Part shown: piece after piece, positions 39,555-54,159 of the stretch
How the letters are laid out: every line of letters starts with the position of its first letter
How positions within the stretch are numbered: position 1 is the first letter of the stretch
Source of the DNA: Rhizophagus irregularis
Taxonomy: Eukaryota
Direction: 5' to 3'
Assembly (NCBI RefSeq): GCF_026210795.1
Contig: NC_089434.1
Span: 3,782,001 to 3,846,000, forward strand
Length of the DNA: 64,000 nt
Translations under genes and position numbers: made by a program
The notes under the pieces: generated by a model
Seen by the model: only the letters and a program-made list of their open reading frames with translations
Told to the model about the DNA's origin: nothing
The model's database searches: none

Positions 39555-40520
39555 GAGCATTTTGGCCAAAGTAAATCTTGCTCTTTAATTGAAAGTAGTT
39601 CAGCAAGTTTGAAGCTGTTAAGATATTAATCTACATGAAAGCACAGTTAATATTTTTGGAGTTATTTACATTTTTACATGATAGTACTAAGTTACAAATT
39701 TTTTTACCTTCAGAGCGTATTTTGGGCAGTTTAGTCAAAGTAAATCGACTTCTTATATTAATTGAAAGTTTTTTGGCGGGTCAAAATCTGCTTGGATATT
39801 AATTTTCATGAAGGTACAGTTAATACTTGAAGGGTTATTCACGTTTTTCATAATGGAATTTTATTTTTTCCATTTTATCATTTTAGAGCGTATTTTCGGC
39901 ACTTTAGTCAAAGTAAATCGACTTCTTATATTAACTGAATGTTGTTCAGCGGGTCATAATCTGCTTGGATATTAATTTTCATGAAGGTACAGTTAATACA
40001 TGAAGAGTTATTCACGTTTTTCACAACGGTACTCATTCACGAATTTTATTTTTTCTGTTTTGTCACTTCAGAGCGTATTTTAGGCACATTAGTCAAAGTA
40101 AATCAACTTCTTATATTAATTGAAAGTTATTCAGCGAGTTATAATCTGTTTGAATATTAGTTTTCATGAAGGTAAAGTTAATACTTGAAGAGTTATTCAC
40201 ATTTTTCACAATGATACTCATTCACGAATTTTATTTTTTTTCATTTTGTCACTTCAGAGCGTATTTTGAGCATTTTAGTCAAAGTAAATTGACTTCTTAT
40301 ATTAATTGAATGTTTTTCTGTGGGTCATAATCTGCTTGGATATTAATTTTCATGAAGGTACAGTTAATACTCGAAGGGTTATTCACATTTTTCACAACGG
40401 TACTCATTCATGAATTTTATTTTTTCTGTTTTGTCACTTCAGAACGTATTTTGAACATTTTGGTCAAAGGAAATTGACTTCTTTTATTAATTGAAAGTTG
40501 TTCAGCAGTCAAAATCCAAT
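39555..40520. repeat. Tandem repeat, ~185-bp unit, about 5.5 copies
   Basis: GAGCGTATTT..AGTCAAAGTAAATCGACTTCTTATATTAA recurs at ~39555, 39713, 39886, 40071, 40257 and 40442. Confidence 0.95.
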
Positions 40521-42600
40521 TTTTATGAAAATGCTGTGGAGTAATTTATATTTTTTATGATCATACTATACTGAATTGCAAATATATTTACATTCATTAA
40601 TGTATTTTTAAAATTTAAATTTTTATTTAATATTACTTAATAAAGCATTATTATTTAAAATTAAATTTAATATTACAATATAAATTTTTCTTTATTTTTT
40701 ACCATACAAAAAAATTGTATATGGATTATGGAATCTACATTTTTATATTGGTAATACACTAACGATCTATAAAATTGGCCGTAAAAGTCACAAATTGGAC
40801 AGATGTAGCCAAAAATTGGCTATCTGATTTTTTGCCAATTTTTACTTATTCTGATTCTTTTTTTAACGCATTTATTTATTAAGTTCATAAATAATTACAT
40901 AATTAATATACTTATTCTGATAATAGGCAGTATATATAAAGTAAATTGCATGTATACAAAAGGTTAACAATAAATGCGAATAAATGAAACTTAATAAATA
41001 AATGCAATGTATGAAACATTATAAATTAATGAAATACATTAGTATTAAAAAACAGATGCTTAAATATTGGAATGTATTGTGTCTTTTAATTATATGAAAT
41101 GTGGAAAAACTTTTAAATGGCCTGGAATTTCATGATATGTATTCTATTTATAATAAATATTTGAATTTAATTAAGTACTTTAAAATGTGGAATATTAAAA
41201 AATATGGAGATTTTATTTTTTTATAAGCATACAGTATGAATATACAGTATAAAAAAAAGATATATCATTTTATTGTTTCAAAATATAAATGGATTAATGG
41301 AGTTTTTTTCTTTATATAAATCATGTTAAAATCACATCACAAAATATCTTTTACAAAATAAATATAATTTCATCCATATTATGTTTCTATATTTTCATAT
41401 CAATTTTTATTATTTTTTTTTGCCACTATTTTATTAATAGAAAATTTAAAAACAAATTTTATAGTGATAAAAAAATTATTAAAAACACTAAATAAATAAA
41501 AGAATTACAATGATGGAAAAAAAATTGGCTTTGACTGAAAAAGAAATAATATTCATTTAAAAAAAATTTGTAATTACAAAAACTGACAAACTAAGTTTTT
41601 TTGTAAAAAAAGTGATTAAAATTTCATTAACCAGAAAATTATATTAACAATAAAGAATTGTGTATAATATGACCCGACCGCCAATCAAATAACATGGACA
41701 GATCATATTACATACAGATGGTGGCCTAAATGATCTGGCCACTTTTCAAAATTAAAAAATTTTTGTTTTATAAAATGAAAATAAAAATTTAACATGTTCA
41801 TTATGCCTTCCTTTATTGAATTTTACAAAAATTTAATAATTAATTCTATTTCCATTCGTGGAAATAACAGTATTGACCCTCTGAGGCATACTATCAATTA
41901 ATTTTCGATAATATTCAGGAGGGAGATCATCCCATGCAACCTTGACATATACTTAACATTATCATCATATCTAAAAATCAATACAAACTATTATATTTAT
42001 ATTTATCTTTATATTATCACTTAACATGTTACAGGATTAATTCATTTTGGTCATTAAATATAATATTTCTTTAATAAAACTAATAAACTCAAAATAAACC
42101 ATAAAATTTATTATTTGATAAATATACAAAATACAAATCAACTTTTTAATATAAACCCTATTATATTACTTAAAATATATATAAATAATTACTGAATAAT
42201 GCAATAATTATATTATAACTCACTAACAATACCAAATTACCCTAGTTTTACATTATTAATTAATTTTCTGCTTTCAAATGTTAAAAGATTTTTTTTCTGT
42301 ATTCTTCTGCTTCTTTGAATTGACTTCTAATTTTATAATATTGTTCTTTTCTGATCGATCTGATTCATTTAAATGTAAGTGCATCCATAGTATAAAAAAA
42401 TAAGAACACAACATGAACGCAAATTTCAATCTTTGTGGTGAAGCAATTTGAAGATTGTTTTGCATTTTCATAATATACTTTGACATTTTTCAAATATAAT
42501 AAATTTTTATTGCTCTATAGTGTTAAGTTTTTTATAGACAATACAACAACTGAATATATGATTGGTAATATTAAAAGGATTTTACTAAGCATCACCGGTG

Positions 42601-42785
42601 TCCTGTAAAATAAGTCAATCCATTTTTTTATTCCATCATTTTTTCGTAAAAGACTCATATTTCCAGAATTAATAACTTTATATTACAGAATTTATCAAAT
42701 TATTTACAATTTCTGTGAACGGATCTGTGAAAGGCTTATTTTTACAGAGTCTTTACAGAAATAATGGATAAAATTTTTTATAGGG
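42601..42785. mobile_element. Second copy of the 186-bp CCC..GGG MITE
   Basis: Colinear with 29964-30149, differing mainly by C>T/G>A changes. Confidence 0.88.
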
Positions 42786-43485
42786 TGGTGAAATTATGAT
42801 GTAATGCCGGCCAGTATCTTATTAGATTTTTAATTCTGGTCAAAAGTACATCATAATGCTGGTATGGTGACTATCATTACCAGTAAGCATTAGCAATTTT
42901 CATATTAATTTTTAGATACATTCAACTGAAGATAGTTTGCTGAGATTGGGACATTTGGTTGTACTCCAACTTGATTGTTCTAAATTAGTATAGATAAATT
43001 TGGAATATGGTCAGATTTAGGCATAAAATGTTCTGAACTTGGCTATATTCCAGGTTTGATTTGATTTTAACATGTTAATTTAGGCAAATTTAAATTTGAT
43101 GATCATTATTACAACAATATTTAAATATTAAAAGATAAATTATTCAATTACAAACTGATTTTATTTATGTAAAAATGTTTTACAAATACTCACTAGTCTA
43201 TAATCAATGTCAAATAAAAAAAAAAAACTATTTATAAAGAAATAAAATATTTGTTCAATTACAAACTGATTAAACTGATTTCACCTAGTTTACAAATACC
43301 TCATAATTAGTGTTGAACAAAAAACAATCAATCAAGAAAAAAATTATGATTTTACAATGATTTTCTTTATTCCCTTTGATTAATTATTTTCATTTTAGAC
43401 TTATAACCTATTAAATAAATTTAATAATTTATAAATTTTAAATATTTTTTAATTAAAAAAAAATAAATAAATAAACATAATTAAC

Positions 43486-45839
43486 TTACATTGTGAAGTC
43501 AATAACTTCCATTGAATAAAGATTTTTTGTAAATGGATTAAGTAATCGAGATGTGTAATAAGCTTCTGGATGAGTAGTTGATTGAATACTTTCAATAGAT
43601 AAAAGATTTGCTTTTCTATATTCTTCTGCTTTTTCAAATTGCTTTTTAATTTCCTTATCTTCAGCAAAATAAAATGATCCAACCAGTATCCCTAAGTCAA
43701 TAGCACTTGGTCTATTATTTGGATTTGAATCCCAACACTTTTTCATTAATTCACCATAACATTTTGGTATTTCTGGTTCATTTATTTCAGGTCTAAAAGA
43801 ACTGAATTTCATACCTTATTAAAAAATTTATCGACATTATTTTGCAAGTTGTAAAATTTTAAAGTAATTTTGATTCTTATTTGTTAAATTTCTTTGATAT
43901 ATTTTTTTATATTTATCATAATTTAACTGACCATTTTTCCATATTGCTGAATATATTGTAATATAATCTTCTTTGTTTATTTTTTTAATATTATTAAACT
44001 GATTGTATGGTATCCATTCAACTATTATATCATAATAATGATTAATTTTTAGTTGAAATTCTTGAATAAAATTATTAACTTTTTCATTTCCACTTGTCCA
44101 ATTTGTAAAATTTTTCTTTAGATAATTTATTTCACATGGTTTACACCTTTTGAACCACATATGATTTGTATATTGCTCACCACATTTTTCACAATATTCA
44201 TCTTTAAGAAACATTATATAATCTTTTGTATCTGGATTTTGAGATAATCCATATATATTATCAATTATATATAGCTTTGAATATTCATTATCCTATTAAA
44301 AATAAGAAAAAAAATATTACTAAAAAATAATATAATATAAAGGAAATTTATAAGAAACTTTCTTACCTCACTTAAAATTCAGTAATATCTTGTGTATTAT
44401 AACATATCAAAGTAACTTTTTTATTTTGATTTATAAAATCTCTCTTATATATTTTTTTATTTATATCATACTTTAATGGACTACTTTTCCATATTGCTGT
44501 ACATATTGTAATAATACCATTTTTGCCTGTTTCTTTAATTTTGTACAACTGTTCATATGATATCCATTCAAGTATTGGATCATTGTAGTGATCAACATGA
44601 TTTAGTTGCCTATCTTGAATGAAATTATCAACTTTTTCATTTCCACTAGTCCAATTTATAAAATTTTCCTTCAAATTGCTTATTTGACATGGTTTACACC
44701 ATTTATAAAATGTATTTGTATATTCTTCACAACATTTTTCACAATATTCATCTTGAATAATTATTATATAATCTTTTGTATCTGGATTTTGTGATATTCC
44801 ATATATTGGAAGAGCATTACTATTACGTCCCTTTGTTTGAAGATTAATTAGTATAAAAAATAATATAAAAAAAAAATATTTATATTAAATTTCATACCTT
44901 GCTTAATAATTCGTTGGTAATATTTTGTGAATTATGCATATATTTTAAAGCAACTTGTTTTTTTCCTAACTTTCTTTTATATTCTTTTTTATAAAGACAA
45001 TAATATAAAGGACCGTCCTCCCATATTGTTGAATATATTGTACTAAAACCATCTTTTCTTATTTCTTTAATATTATTAAGCTGGTCATATGGTATCCATT
45101 CGATTATTATATCATTGTAATCATTAATTTTTAATTGAAATTCTTGAATAAAATTATCAACTATTTCATTTCCACTAGTCCAATTTGTAAAATTTTTCTC
45201 TAAATAATTTATTTGACATGATTCACACCATTTGTACTTCACTGTTGTATATTTTTTACCACATTTTTCACAATGATCATCTTGAAAAACCATAAAATAT
45301 TCTTTTGTATTTGGATTTTGAGATATTCCATATATTGGAAAATCATCATCATAAAAATATGATTTAATCTATTATAAATAATAAAAAAATTATTACAATT
45401 AAATATATATATATTTATATATTAAAATTTTGGATTAAATAAAGTCATTTCATACCTTATCATAAAATTCATTGGTAATAATTGGTAAATCATACAAACT
45501 GAAAATAATAATTTTTTCATTCTTAGATTTCCTTACATATTCCTTTTTGTGATGACAATAGTATAATGGACCATCTTTCCATATTGCCAAATATAAAACA
45601 TTGTTTATTTCTTTAATATCATTCAATTGATTGTATGGTATCCATTCAAATATTATATCATTTGGTTCATAAATATATTGATTTTTTTTTTGAATTAAAT
45701 TATCAATGATTTCATTTCCGCTTGTCCAATTTGTAAGATTTTTTTCAATATTATCTATTTGACATAGTCTACACCATCCATCTTCTACATATGTGTATGT
45801 GTCGCCACATTTTTCACAATCTATATCAATTTGTGACAT
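43486..45839 (-). pseudogene. Glomeromycotina kinase-family gene with four N-terminal CxxC-WC-NWTSGN-EWIPY repeats; catalytic core deleted
   Basis: Exons approx. 45839-45456, 45368-44898, 44830-44367 and 44292-43816, each encoding one repeat; then a jump to RPEINEPEIPKCYGELMKKCWDSNPNNRPSA; no HRD/DFG; two frameshifts. Confidence 0.85.
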
Positions 45840-47597
45840 TTTTTTATTATTTCAAAAAAAAAAGCGGCTAAAACGCCCACAATTTACAGTGACCATGCCG
45901 ATCGTACTGTATTAATATCATAATAATCACGTGACAGTCGTGACACGCAAACGTTCTTAAATGATTAAATGATATTTGATGATTGTCGATCAATGACAAG
46001 AAATTCTGAAATAACGAGTTATAATCAATTTTTATTCTAAACTATTTTTTGAAAAACGGGATTGACCATTTGAAATTATTTTAATAAGCTAAAAACTATT
46101 TTTTAAAATATCCTAAATGAAATATTAATGTATTACATATCCAGATTTTCAGAAAATTCATTATATATATTTTTTTTTAAAAGCTAAATATTATTTATTT
46201 TAACGAAGGTCTTAATTATAATTAGATAATTATGTAAATATATTAACATGAATAACCCAAAAATTTATATAATTAAAAATGTGACCATATCGGCTGATCA
46301 GAAAAGCCTCCCATAATTTTATATGCTAATGACAATAAGTAACCCATATATTAATTGGCTTGATTTTTCCAATCAGCCGATATCCTGTATAAATTAATTT
46401 TGAATTGCTGATTCGTATTCTTTATAGTTAAGACCCGCTTGATGCCTTGATCTGCAAGTCATGTTGTACATCTAATATTCTAATCCAATTCCGGTTCGAT
46501 TCCTTTTTTTTAATTTTCATTTTTTTTTCTTTGAATCGACCTTTTACAAATGGCTGGTTCTTTCTTTTTTTTAAATTTCCTTTTTTTTTCTTTTTTTAAA
46601 AAATTTTCGTTTTTTTCCTCTTTATTTTTTTTTCATCGTTTAGATTTGGTTTTTTTCCAAACTGAAAAATTATTATTATTATTATTATTCGTTCTTTTTT
46701 TAGACCATATTATTAATTTTTTTTTGAATTTTTTTTTTCGGTCTTTTTGGACCGAATTGTTATTGTCCTGAATTTTTTTCGGTACTTATTTTTTAAAAAA
46801 AACTGATTTCTTTCTTTATCTTTTTTCTTTCCCCAAAATTTTTTTTTCTTTTCTTTCAAATTTTTTCTTTTTTCAACCCGATTTTTCTCTTTGTCCCTCC
46901 TGACAAATTTTTTTTTCGTTTTTATTTTTTTTATTTTTTATTTTTTTTTATTTTTTTCCAGTAGACTTTTTTTCCAATCCGAAAATTTTTTTCCCTTTCC
47001 TTTTTCGGTTTGGCTTTTTTTTCTTTCAAACCGAATTTTTTTTTTCCGAATACATTTTTTCACCATTTAGGTTTAGACCGGTGATCAGATCAATGTTGTG
47101 GCGAACGGCAATTGCCGATTCTTATTATTAATAATAATATTTTTTTTTATCAAGCTCAATAATAGACTAACATAATTATTTATTCATTTATTTTTTGTAA
47201 CAATAGATCGTTGTAATTAATTTTCCTGGGAATTTTTTTTCATATTAATTAATAGGATATTATTTTTCCTAGAGGATAAAAAAAAAAGATTTTTTTCGTA
47301 ACAATGTAACAACAAACTACTTATACAAAATTGTTTTTGTAATGAATTTCTAAATTTCACAGTACTGTAGCATTTGTTTCGTGTGGTAAATAAATTTGCA
47401 TTTAATAATAATATTTCATATACTGTATTAGAAGTAATGGTAAATATTTTTATAACCTTTATTTACTTTAGGTTTATACCACTCATCCAATCTATTAGGT
47501 TTATGAAATTATTTTGGACTAAAATATAATCACTTGTGCTTATTTGTATGATTTGTTAAATACTTTATAAAAAAATTAGTGATATTTTAAAAAACTT

Positions 47598-47900
47598 ATA
47601 CCTTGGTTATTAGGAGTTTAATTAAGATATTGAGAGTCGTATAAGCAATTTAAAGTAACTTTTTTATTTGAATTTCTTGTATATTTTTTATTCCACCAAT
47701 TTTTATATAACGGACCATCCTTTCATTTTTCTGAATATATTGTTACAAAATCATTTTTATCTGCTTAATTGATTATATGGTATCCATTCAAATACTATAT
47801 TATGACAGTCTTTTATTTCCAATTGCATTTTTCGAGTGAAATCATCAATTTGTTAAATTCCACTGGTCATTAAATCTTCACTATCTTGAAAAGACATTAT
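47598..47900 (-). pseudogene. Single relic kinase-associated repeat
   Basis: TSGI*QIDDF..MQLEIKDCHNIVFEWIPYNQ..KDGPLY..KYTRNSNKKVTLNCLY. Confidence 0.8.
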
Positions 47901-48610
47901 TAATAGCTTAAAAAAATTTTGAATAAAATTTTATTGTAACGATATAAGTAAAATTTTTGCGCAAGGGCATGTGACAATTGTGACATGCACGAAAATAAAT
48001 GTTGTAGATTTTTCCTTTTCAAAATTTATATTAGCCATATTTGAGATGATCTGCATTTGATGTTTTTTGGAAGAAATTATTTTATTGAATACGCATAAAT
48101 AAATTCTAAATAATGAAGGTCCAATATTTTGCAAAAAAATGCTGTGCCATATATAATTTGTATAATTCGAATATAATATTTTATAATATAATTTTGCTAA
48201 ACATTCTTTGGTTACAATTCTCAAATTTTTTTTGTTCAGGAACTTTATTAGTAAGTTGACTTTCTTATGACATTTAGAAAATAAATTATTAAAAATCAAA
48301 ATTCAATTTTATCGGTTTATTCACTAACAAATAAATATTTATTGTTTTTTTTTTGTGATATAATGAGTTAACCGAGGGCGCAGCAGGGTTAATCTCATAA
48401 CCCGCCGCAATGCACATTGTAAAACATATTAATCTAAAACATTTTCAACAAAATGAAAATTTTTCGATAAATTTCCATAATTGGAAGGTCATTATTATTC
48501 CAAAAATAATATTTATGAACCAACTTAGTTAACTAATTTCCAATCACGTTCACTACAATATGGGTTGCAAAATATAGTGTACAGTATGTTGTCTTATTTT
48601 TCCATTATTA

Positions 48611-48729
48611 CCCTATAAAAACGAAGTGTGTTAAATTTGTTTTGTATTTGTGCTCATGTGTAATAAATGTCTAAAAAAGCACCATTTTGTTTAATACATA
48701 AATCGGACAAAATGTTGCTTTTTATAGGG
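48611..48729. mobile_element. CCC..GGG MITE, 3-bp TSD TTA
   Basis: TTA|CCCTATAAAAA ... TTTTTATAGGG|TTA. Confidence 0.8.
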
Positions 48730-48778
48730 TTATAATAATTTGTATTATTTATTTCAGGGGGAGTTGGAAATAAATGAG

Positions 48779-48950
48779 TAATCCCCTGGAGCGTGTCACT
48801 CATTAAATATTAACTATTTAACTATTTTAAACTAAAATTAGTAATTTCCCGGCTATCTATATGAGACCGGGAAATAACTAAACGAAGATTCAATTTTTAA
48901 AAATTAGTATGAAGGTGATCATGAGTGACACTTAGTGCGACAGGGGATTA
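48779..48950. mobile_element. Palindromic MITE-like element
   Basis: TAATCCCCTG..GTGTCACTCAT versus ATGAGTGACAC..CAGGGGATTA; internal ATTTCCCGG / CCGGGAAAT. Confidence 0.7.
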
Positions 48951-49676
48951 AATTTGTTTATCTACAGAAAATTTTTTTACAGGTGAATTAATAGCTTCTG
49001 ATTTACTTTTTTAAAATGAAATGTTGTTGTTTCATTGCAAAAGGAATGAGGAAATGACTTAAAATATATCAATTTTAACTTTATAGACTTACAGAAACAT
49101 GTGATATCGATTAAGCTTTTTCCCTAAAAAATGTCAAAGAATGACGCGCCTTTAACACACTGGGAAAATGGGTTAGATAGTGAGAAAATTGGTTAGACGC
49201 AAGATTTGGAGTACAAAAAATTTTATGGGCTCATTTTGACTGTTCACTAATAAATTTGGGATTTAAATAAAAATTTGGTGATCAAAATACTGTCAAATAT
49301 TTATTTAATTTGATATGAAGAGCAAATTTTTGGGTATTTTATAAATCCGCCGTGATGGTAAATAAGATTAATAAAAAGTCACAATTAATATAATAAGAAT
49401 TCACATATGTGATATATTTTGATCCACCTTACGTACGAGTATTTAAATTTATTTATAAAAAACATCAAAGTTAAAAAAAAAAATCCTTATAATATGAAGT
49501 AATCAAGTATAAAATAAAAATAATTTTAAATTTATCTCCATAATTATATTGTGAATCTCAGATGCTATTGGTATAACATTGCGTGATGGGTTTTAATTAA
49601 ATTTTATATGGCCACACAAGATTTTGCAATCAATTCGTTGTTTTTGTTTAGAATTATATACATACTAATTTTTTTT

Positions 49677-50125
49677 GGTATCCGGACTTTTTACCGAAGT
49701 CCATTTCACTGAAACCATTTCACCGAATTCCATTTGGTTATTTTATTGTTTTTATAATAAAAAATCTTTTCTAGATAAATTTCTGAATTAACGGATTTTT
49801 ATTAAATTTACTTCGTTGTTTATAATACATTAATCTTTTTTTACTTACTTTTTCATGAATAAATGTTTTCAGGAAAATAAGGTTATTTATTTATTGCTTA
49901 ACAATTAATATCAGTTACTTGAATGTTGAAGTGATAATATCCTGAAAAAAAAAAAATTCTCTAAAAATAATTTAATTTTTATTATCATTGCGCGAAGAAT
50001 ATTTTTTATAAAAATGTTAATCGCTACCATTTTCGCGAAATTCGGCGAAATGGATTCGATAAAATGCACTTTCAGCGAAACGTCCTTTCGGCGAAACGTC
50101 CCTTTGGTGAATCGTTCAAGGCAGG
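49677..50125. repeat. Non-autonomous element with subterminal TTCGGCGAAA-type short repeats
   Basis: Inverted clusters of ~15-bp TTCGGCGAAA(CGTCC) repeats at both ends; related pieces at ~27690-28140 and ~50360-50400. Confidence 0.55.
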
Positions 50126-51576
50126 TGATTGACAGTTTCACAAATATGTAACAAGCTCGTCATTTTTCAATCATTAATTGACATACAATATATTAATAAT
50201 ATAGAAACAAAAAAGAGAGAAGAGACAATTGTGTAATCACCTCTGATCACTCCTTTTTTTAACGATATAATACATGCTTGATCATCATATGACTGACATG
50301 AGGTTTTCTTATCCTTCCTAACTATTTGGAGTTAGGTGTAAATTTTGCAAAATCCGATTCTCTTCGGCGAAATGGCTTCGGCGAAATGGGTTTTGGGGAA
50401 ATGATTATGAAAAAATATTTTAATTCTTTTTTATTTTTATTTCTAATTACAAAAAAAAAAAATATTTTTTTTTATCACACAACAATAAACTTGCGAACTG
50501 AGTAAAACATATATTTGGGTATTACGATGCGATGAAATGAATATTTAAGAAAGAAGTAAAGGTATTACACAGCAAATGAAACAATCTAGTAAAGAAGATC
50601 GTACTTTAATTCTGTTAATCAACGCATCAAAGATTAATTTGTATTTGATAGTTAGGTCTAATGAGGTGTTTGAAAATCAATGGAGTTGTCATATTTATGG
50701 AATTTATGAAATTATAATAATTTTTCTGTATTTATTATACTAGAAATTTTTTATTTGATTTGTAGTCCAGTTAAATGTTATTTAGTAGTTAGATACAGTA
50801 CTTAGGTTACTTTAATGATTAGATTATATATTGTATTTAAATTAGATTTGTATCAAATTTCTTAAAGAGAGTTATTGTAAAAAAATACTTGTAAACGAAC
50901 TATATATAATTTTGATCGCCTCGTAACTAAATAAAATACATAAACTATCCCGGTATCCCCGCATTATTTATGAACAAAAATTTACATAAATAAAATAAAA
51001 TAATTGTTTTGATAGCAACAATAATAATAATTACTACGATAGCTAATTTTTTTTTTTTGGATTCATCCTTTGCGCCATATTACCAAAACTTCATATGCCT
51101 TCACTTTTTTTATTTTATTCTTTTGAATTTTTTTCTATACAATATATTACATTGTTAATAATTTTGTAATGTTTAAAACCGTTCATATGAAATTATTAAT
51201 TGAATTAAATGATGTTTAATACGAAAAAGAAAAAAAAAAGTAACGAATGGCCTTCTTTTCATCGTTTAAAACTTTTCAGAACTAAATTGATATAAAAAGA
51301 TGCATACGTAAGTCATACGGTAATGCATAAATTCTTAGCAGAAAAACTAAAATTATAATAACGATTTGAAGCAATTTACAATTATGTAATTCATTCATTT
51401 ATCCGGCCAATTTGTTTAATATCATATAAAGATTCTTGACGTCATTGGTTTCCAAAGAGCTAATATGTTGCTGATACATTATCACACTATCAATAATATT
51501 AAATTGTTGTTATATAATTAAAAAATTAATTTAAAATAAATTCAAGGTTACCACTTATCACCGCAAAAATATGTAA

Positions 51577-51785
51577 GGGGACTGCCAGAAATGACGTCAT
51601 TTCCTAAGGGGGAGGGGGGTTAAGACCATGATGATGTTACACATCTTCCATTTTTAGACACTTGTAGTTAATATAATTCTAGCCAGAATTATGTTTTAAT
51701 TTTACATTTCCTAAAATGAATGATGACATGGGGAGGGGGGGTCAAAAATCCTAAAATTTAAATTACGTCATTTCTGGCCATCCCC
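51577..51785. mobile_element. PIF/Harbinger (Tourist-like) MITE
   Basis: TAA|GGGGACTGCCAGAAATGACGT ... ACGTCATTTCTGGCCATCCCC|TAA. Confidence 0.88.
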
Positions 51786-51842
51786 TAATGGTTTCATCTT
51801 TTTATTTTTAATAAAGCATATATATATGATAGTTTCCATTAG

Positions 51843-53356
51843 TTACATACTTATAATTTGAAATATTTCGATTTCTTCCACAGAAAAGAAATCTTCGGTA
51901 TCTCTAATTGATTCTTCGTAATCAAATTTATAGCAATTACTCTGACAATAACAATGTCTCCATACAAATTAAGATCACCACCACCAAATGAAGGACACAT
52001 GTTAATGCTGTCATTTCATATAGCATTTCTTTCGTCATCTGCTCGACTTAAAATATAATCTTTAATACTTTCTTTATTCCTAAATGAGAATATTAAACTA
52101 TCATTAGTATTTCTATCACTAAAATTAGATTTCCATGTTTCCGAATTATATCCTCCAAGAATTTCATCACTATCTTTCACTTTAATAATTGAAATTGTAT
52201 GATATTTATTATCACAAATCTCATTAAATTTACCAATAGGAGAAATCCATCACGAGTTCCACGAAGAATTAAATTAAATTCGTACACATTTTTTGTTTTG
52301 TCGGTAACTCTTAATTTATCAATCCATCTAGAGATTAATTCGGCATATTGGACTGTGATGATTTTTGAATCAATACTACTTACTGGTCTAATTTCTTTAG
52401 TTATTTTTGGTTTTGGATTTCTAATTGGTTTAAAATGATTGATTAAACTTTCACGAAATCTTTTGATAAAATCTCTTCTATACGGATAAACTTTAGTCAA
52501 AAATTCATTATAATTCAAATTAAAGTATTTAATATTAGGAATAAATCGTTGCAAAGTATTTCTTAAAGTATTAATATCATCTTTAAAATATAAAGAAGGA
52601 TCTGAAGGAAGTTTTGGAAATTGAATAATGATTATTTAAGTACACTTTTCCAAACTTTAAAAGCATTCAATTGCTAAAATTATCATGTTAAAGGTGTTGA
52701 AGAAGAAAAACCAAACATTTTTCTGAAAGTGAAGGAAAATCGATTGAATTAAAAATTTTTTCTGGATTTTTAGAAATAAACTCGGTACAAAAATTTGTAA
52801 TTCCAAGAAGGAATCATTTTCAAAGCTTGTTTTATATATCAAGTTAAAATTTTGTTTCACCCAATCTTCTTTATCTTTAACCAGAAACAATTGTAAATAA
52901 TCGATTAATTTTTTAAGGCCTAGTTCGCTAGAAGAAACTAAACATTAATGATATCCAAAGTATTATATTCCTCTAAAGAAAATCTCTCTCAATAGATATA
53001 TATCTAAAATGAAACTATTCGAATATTTCCGCAAGTAAATATTGTGTTTATTTTTAAATAAAAAAAGTCGCCATAATTTATTATTTCTCTTACCTCAATA
53101 TTGTTTGGAAATTTTCCTGTCGAATATTTGATAATTTAATACGTGGTAAGCCTCCATCATCTTTATCTTTATTAATGTTAGTTGGTAAAATTTTCGCAAA
53201 TAAGGAGAACGATAATTTAAAATAACAATATGAGCATGAAAAACTTTTACGTAAGGGTCATTGCCAACTTTAAAAGTAATATCACAATAATTCATTATCT
53301 TCTAAAATTTCAAGAAAATTCTGAGATAATATTGATAAAAATTTATCGTTATACAT
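51843..53356 (-). pseudogene. BTB/POZ-BACK-TLDc pseudogene
   Basis: MYNDKFLSILSQNFLEILED..KVFHAHIVILNYRSPYLR..DWVKQNFNLIY..IDSKII..FNLILRGTRDGF..EILGGYN..EIFQI; many frameshifts. Confidence 0.92.
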
Positions 53357-54159
53357 TGTAAATAACTTTGGAATTTTTGGTTGTTTTTTTTTTGAAAAAA
53401 AAAAAACGTAAAATTTATCTTGACTGAAACAACTGAAACAACTGAAACAAAGAAATAAAGAAAAACAAAGAAACAAAAAGAAACATCACCAGCACGGTAA
53501 ATGTTTTGATCATGTGTTTCGGTCACACTATCACATGATTTTTATAATTAAAATTTTTGAATCACATGATGGGCGCGATATTTTTTAATATTTTTTAATA
53601 CTTTTTTTTTATTTGATGTTTTTTACATTTATAGAGAGTGAGTTTTTTATTAAGCATGGTTTACTACTAGTAAGATTTATTAAACACTTTATATATTAAT
53701 AAGGGACAAGCCATATTATGCCATATTATGCCATGGGTATGAAAAATTTGTCAACAACTTTAAAATTATCTTTAAAATTCAATAACAAAATAAAAGCAGC
53801 TTTATAATAATATTATACACCTAAATGTCTGTCCAAAGCGTTAAACCGTTATTTAATAACTACTATTACATCTGCGAGATGTAATACAGTTTTGATTTGG
53901 ACTATGAAACTTAATTATTGCCAAACAGACAAATCTTTGCAAAATAATCAAGTGTAATCTATCCAAAATCCGCGGATATGGTGTATCTGGCAATATTGCA
54001 AATCACATAATAGCTTATTCAGCACTTCGAGCTGAATAGTAAGTTGATAATATCCTACAAAAAATTTATTTCGTCGTAAAAGAATAATAAAATCAATAAA
54101 TTTCATTTTTAATTAATCAAAAAAAAAAATTAAACAAACATTTGAAAAATTCATGGAAT

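Noticed and set aside
46550..46771. Phe-rich ORFs here and at 59079-59468 and 59642-59839 as membrane proteins
   Set aside because: Artefacts of poly-T low-complexity sequence
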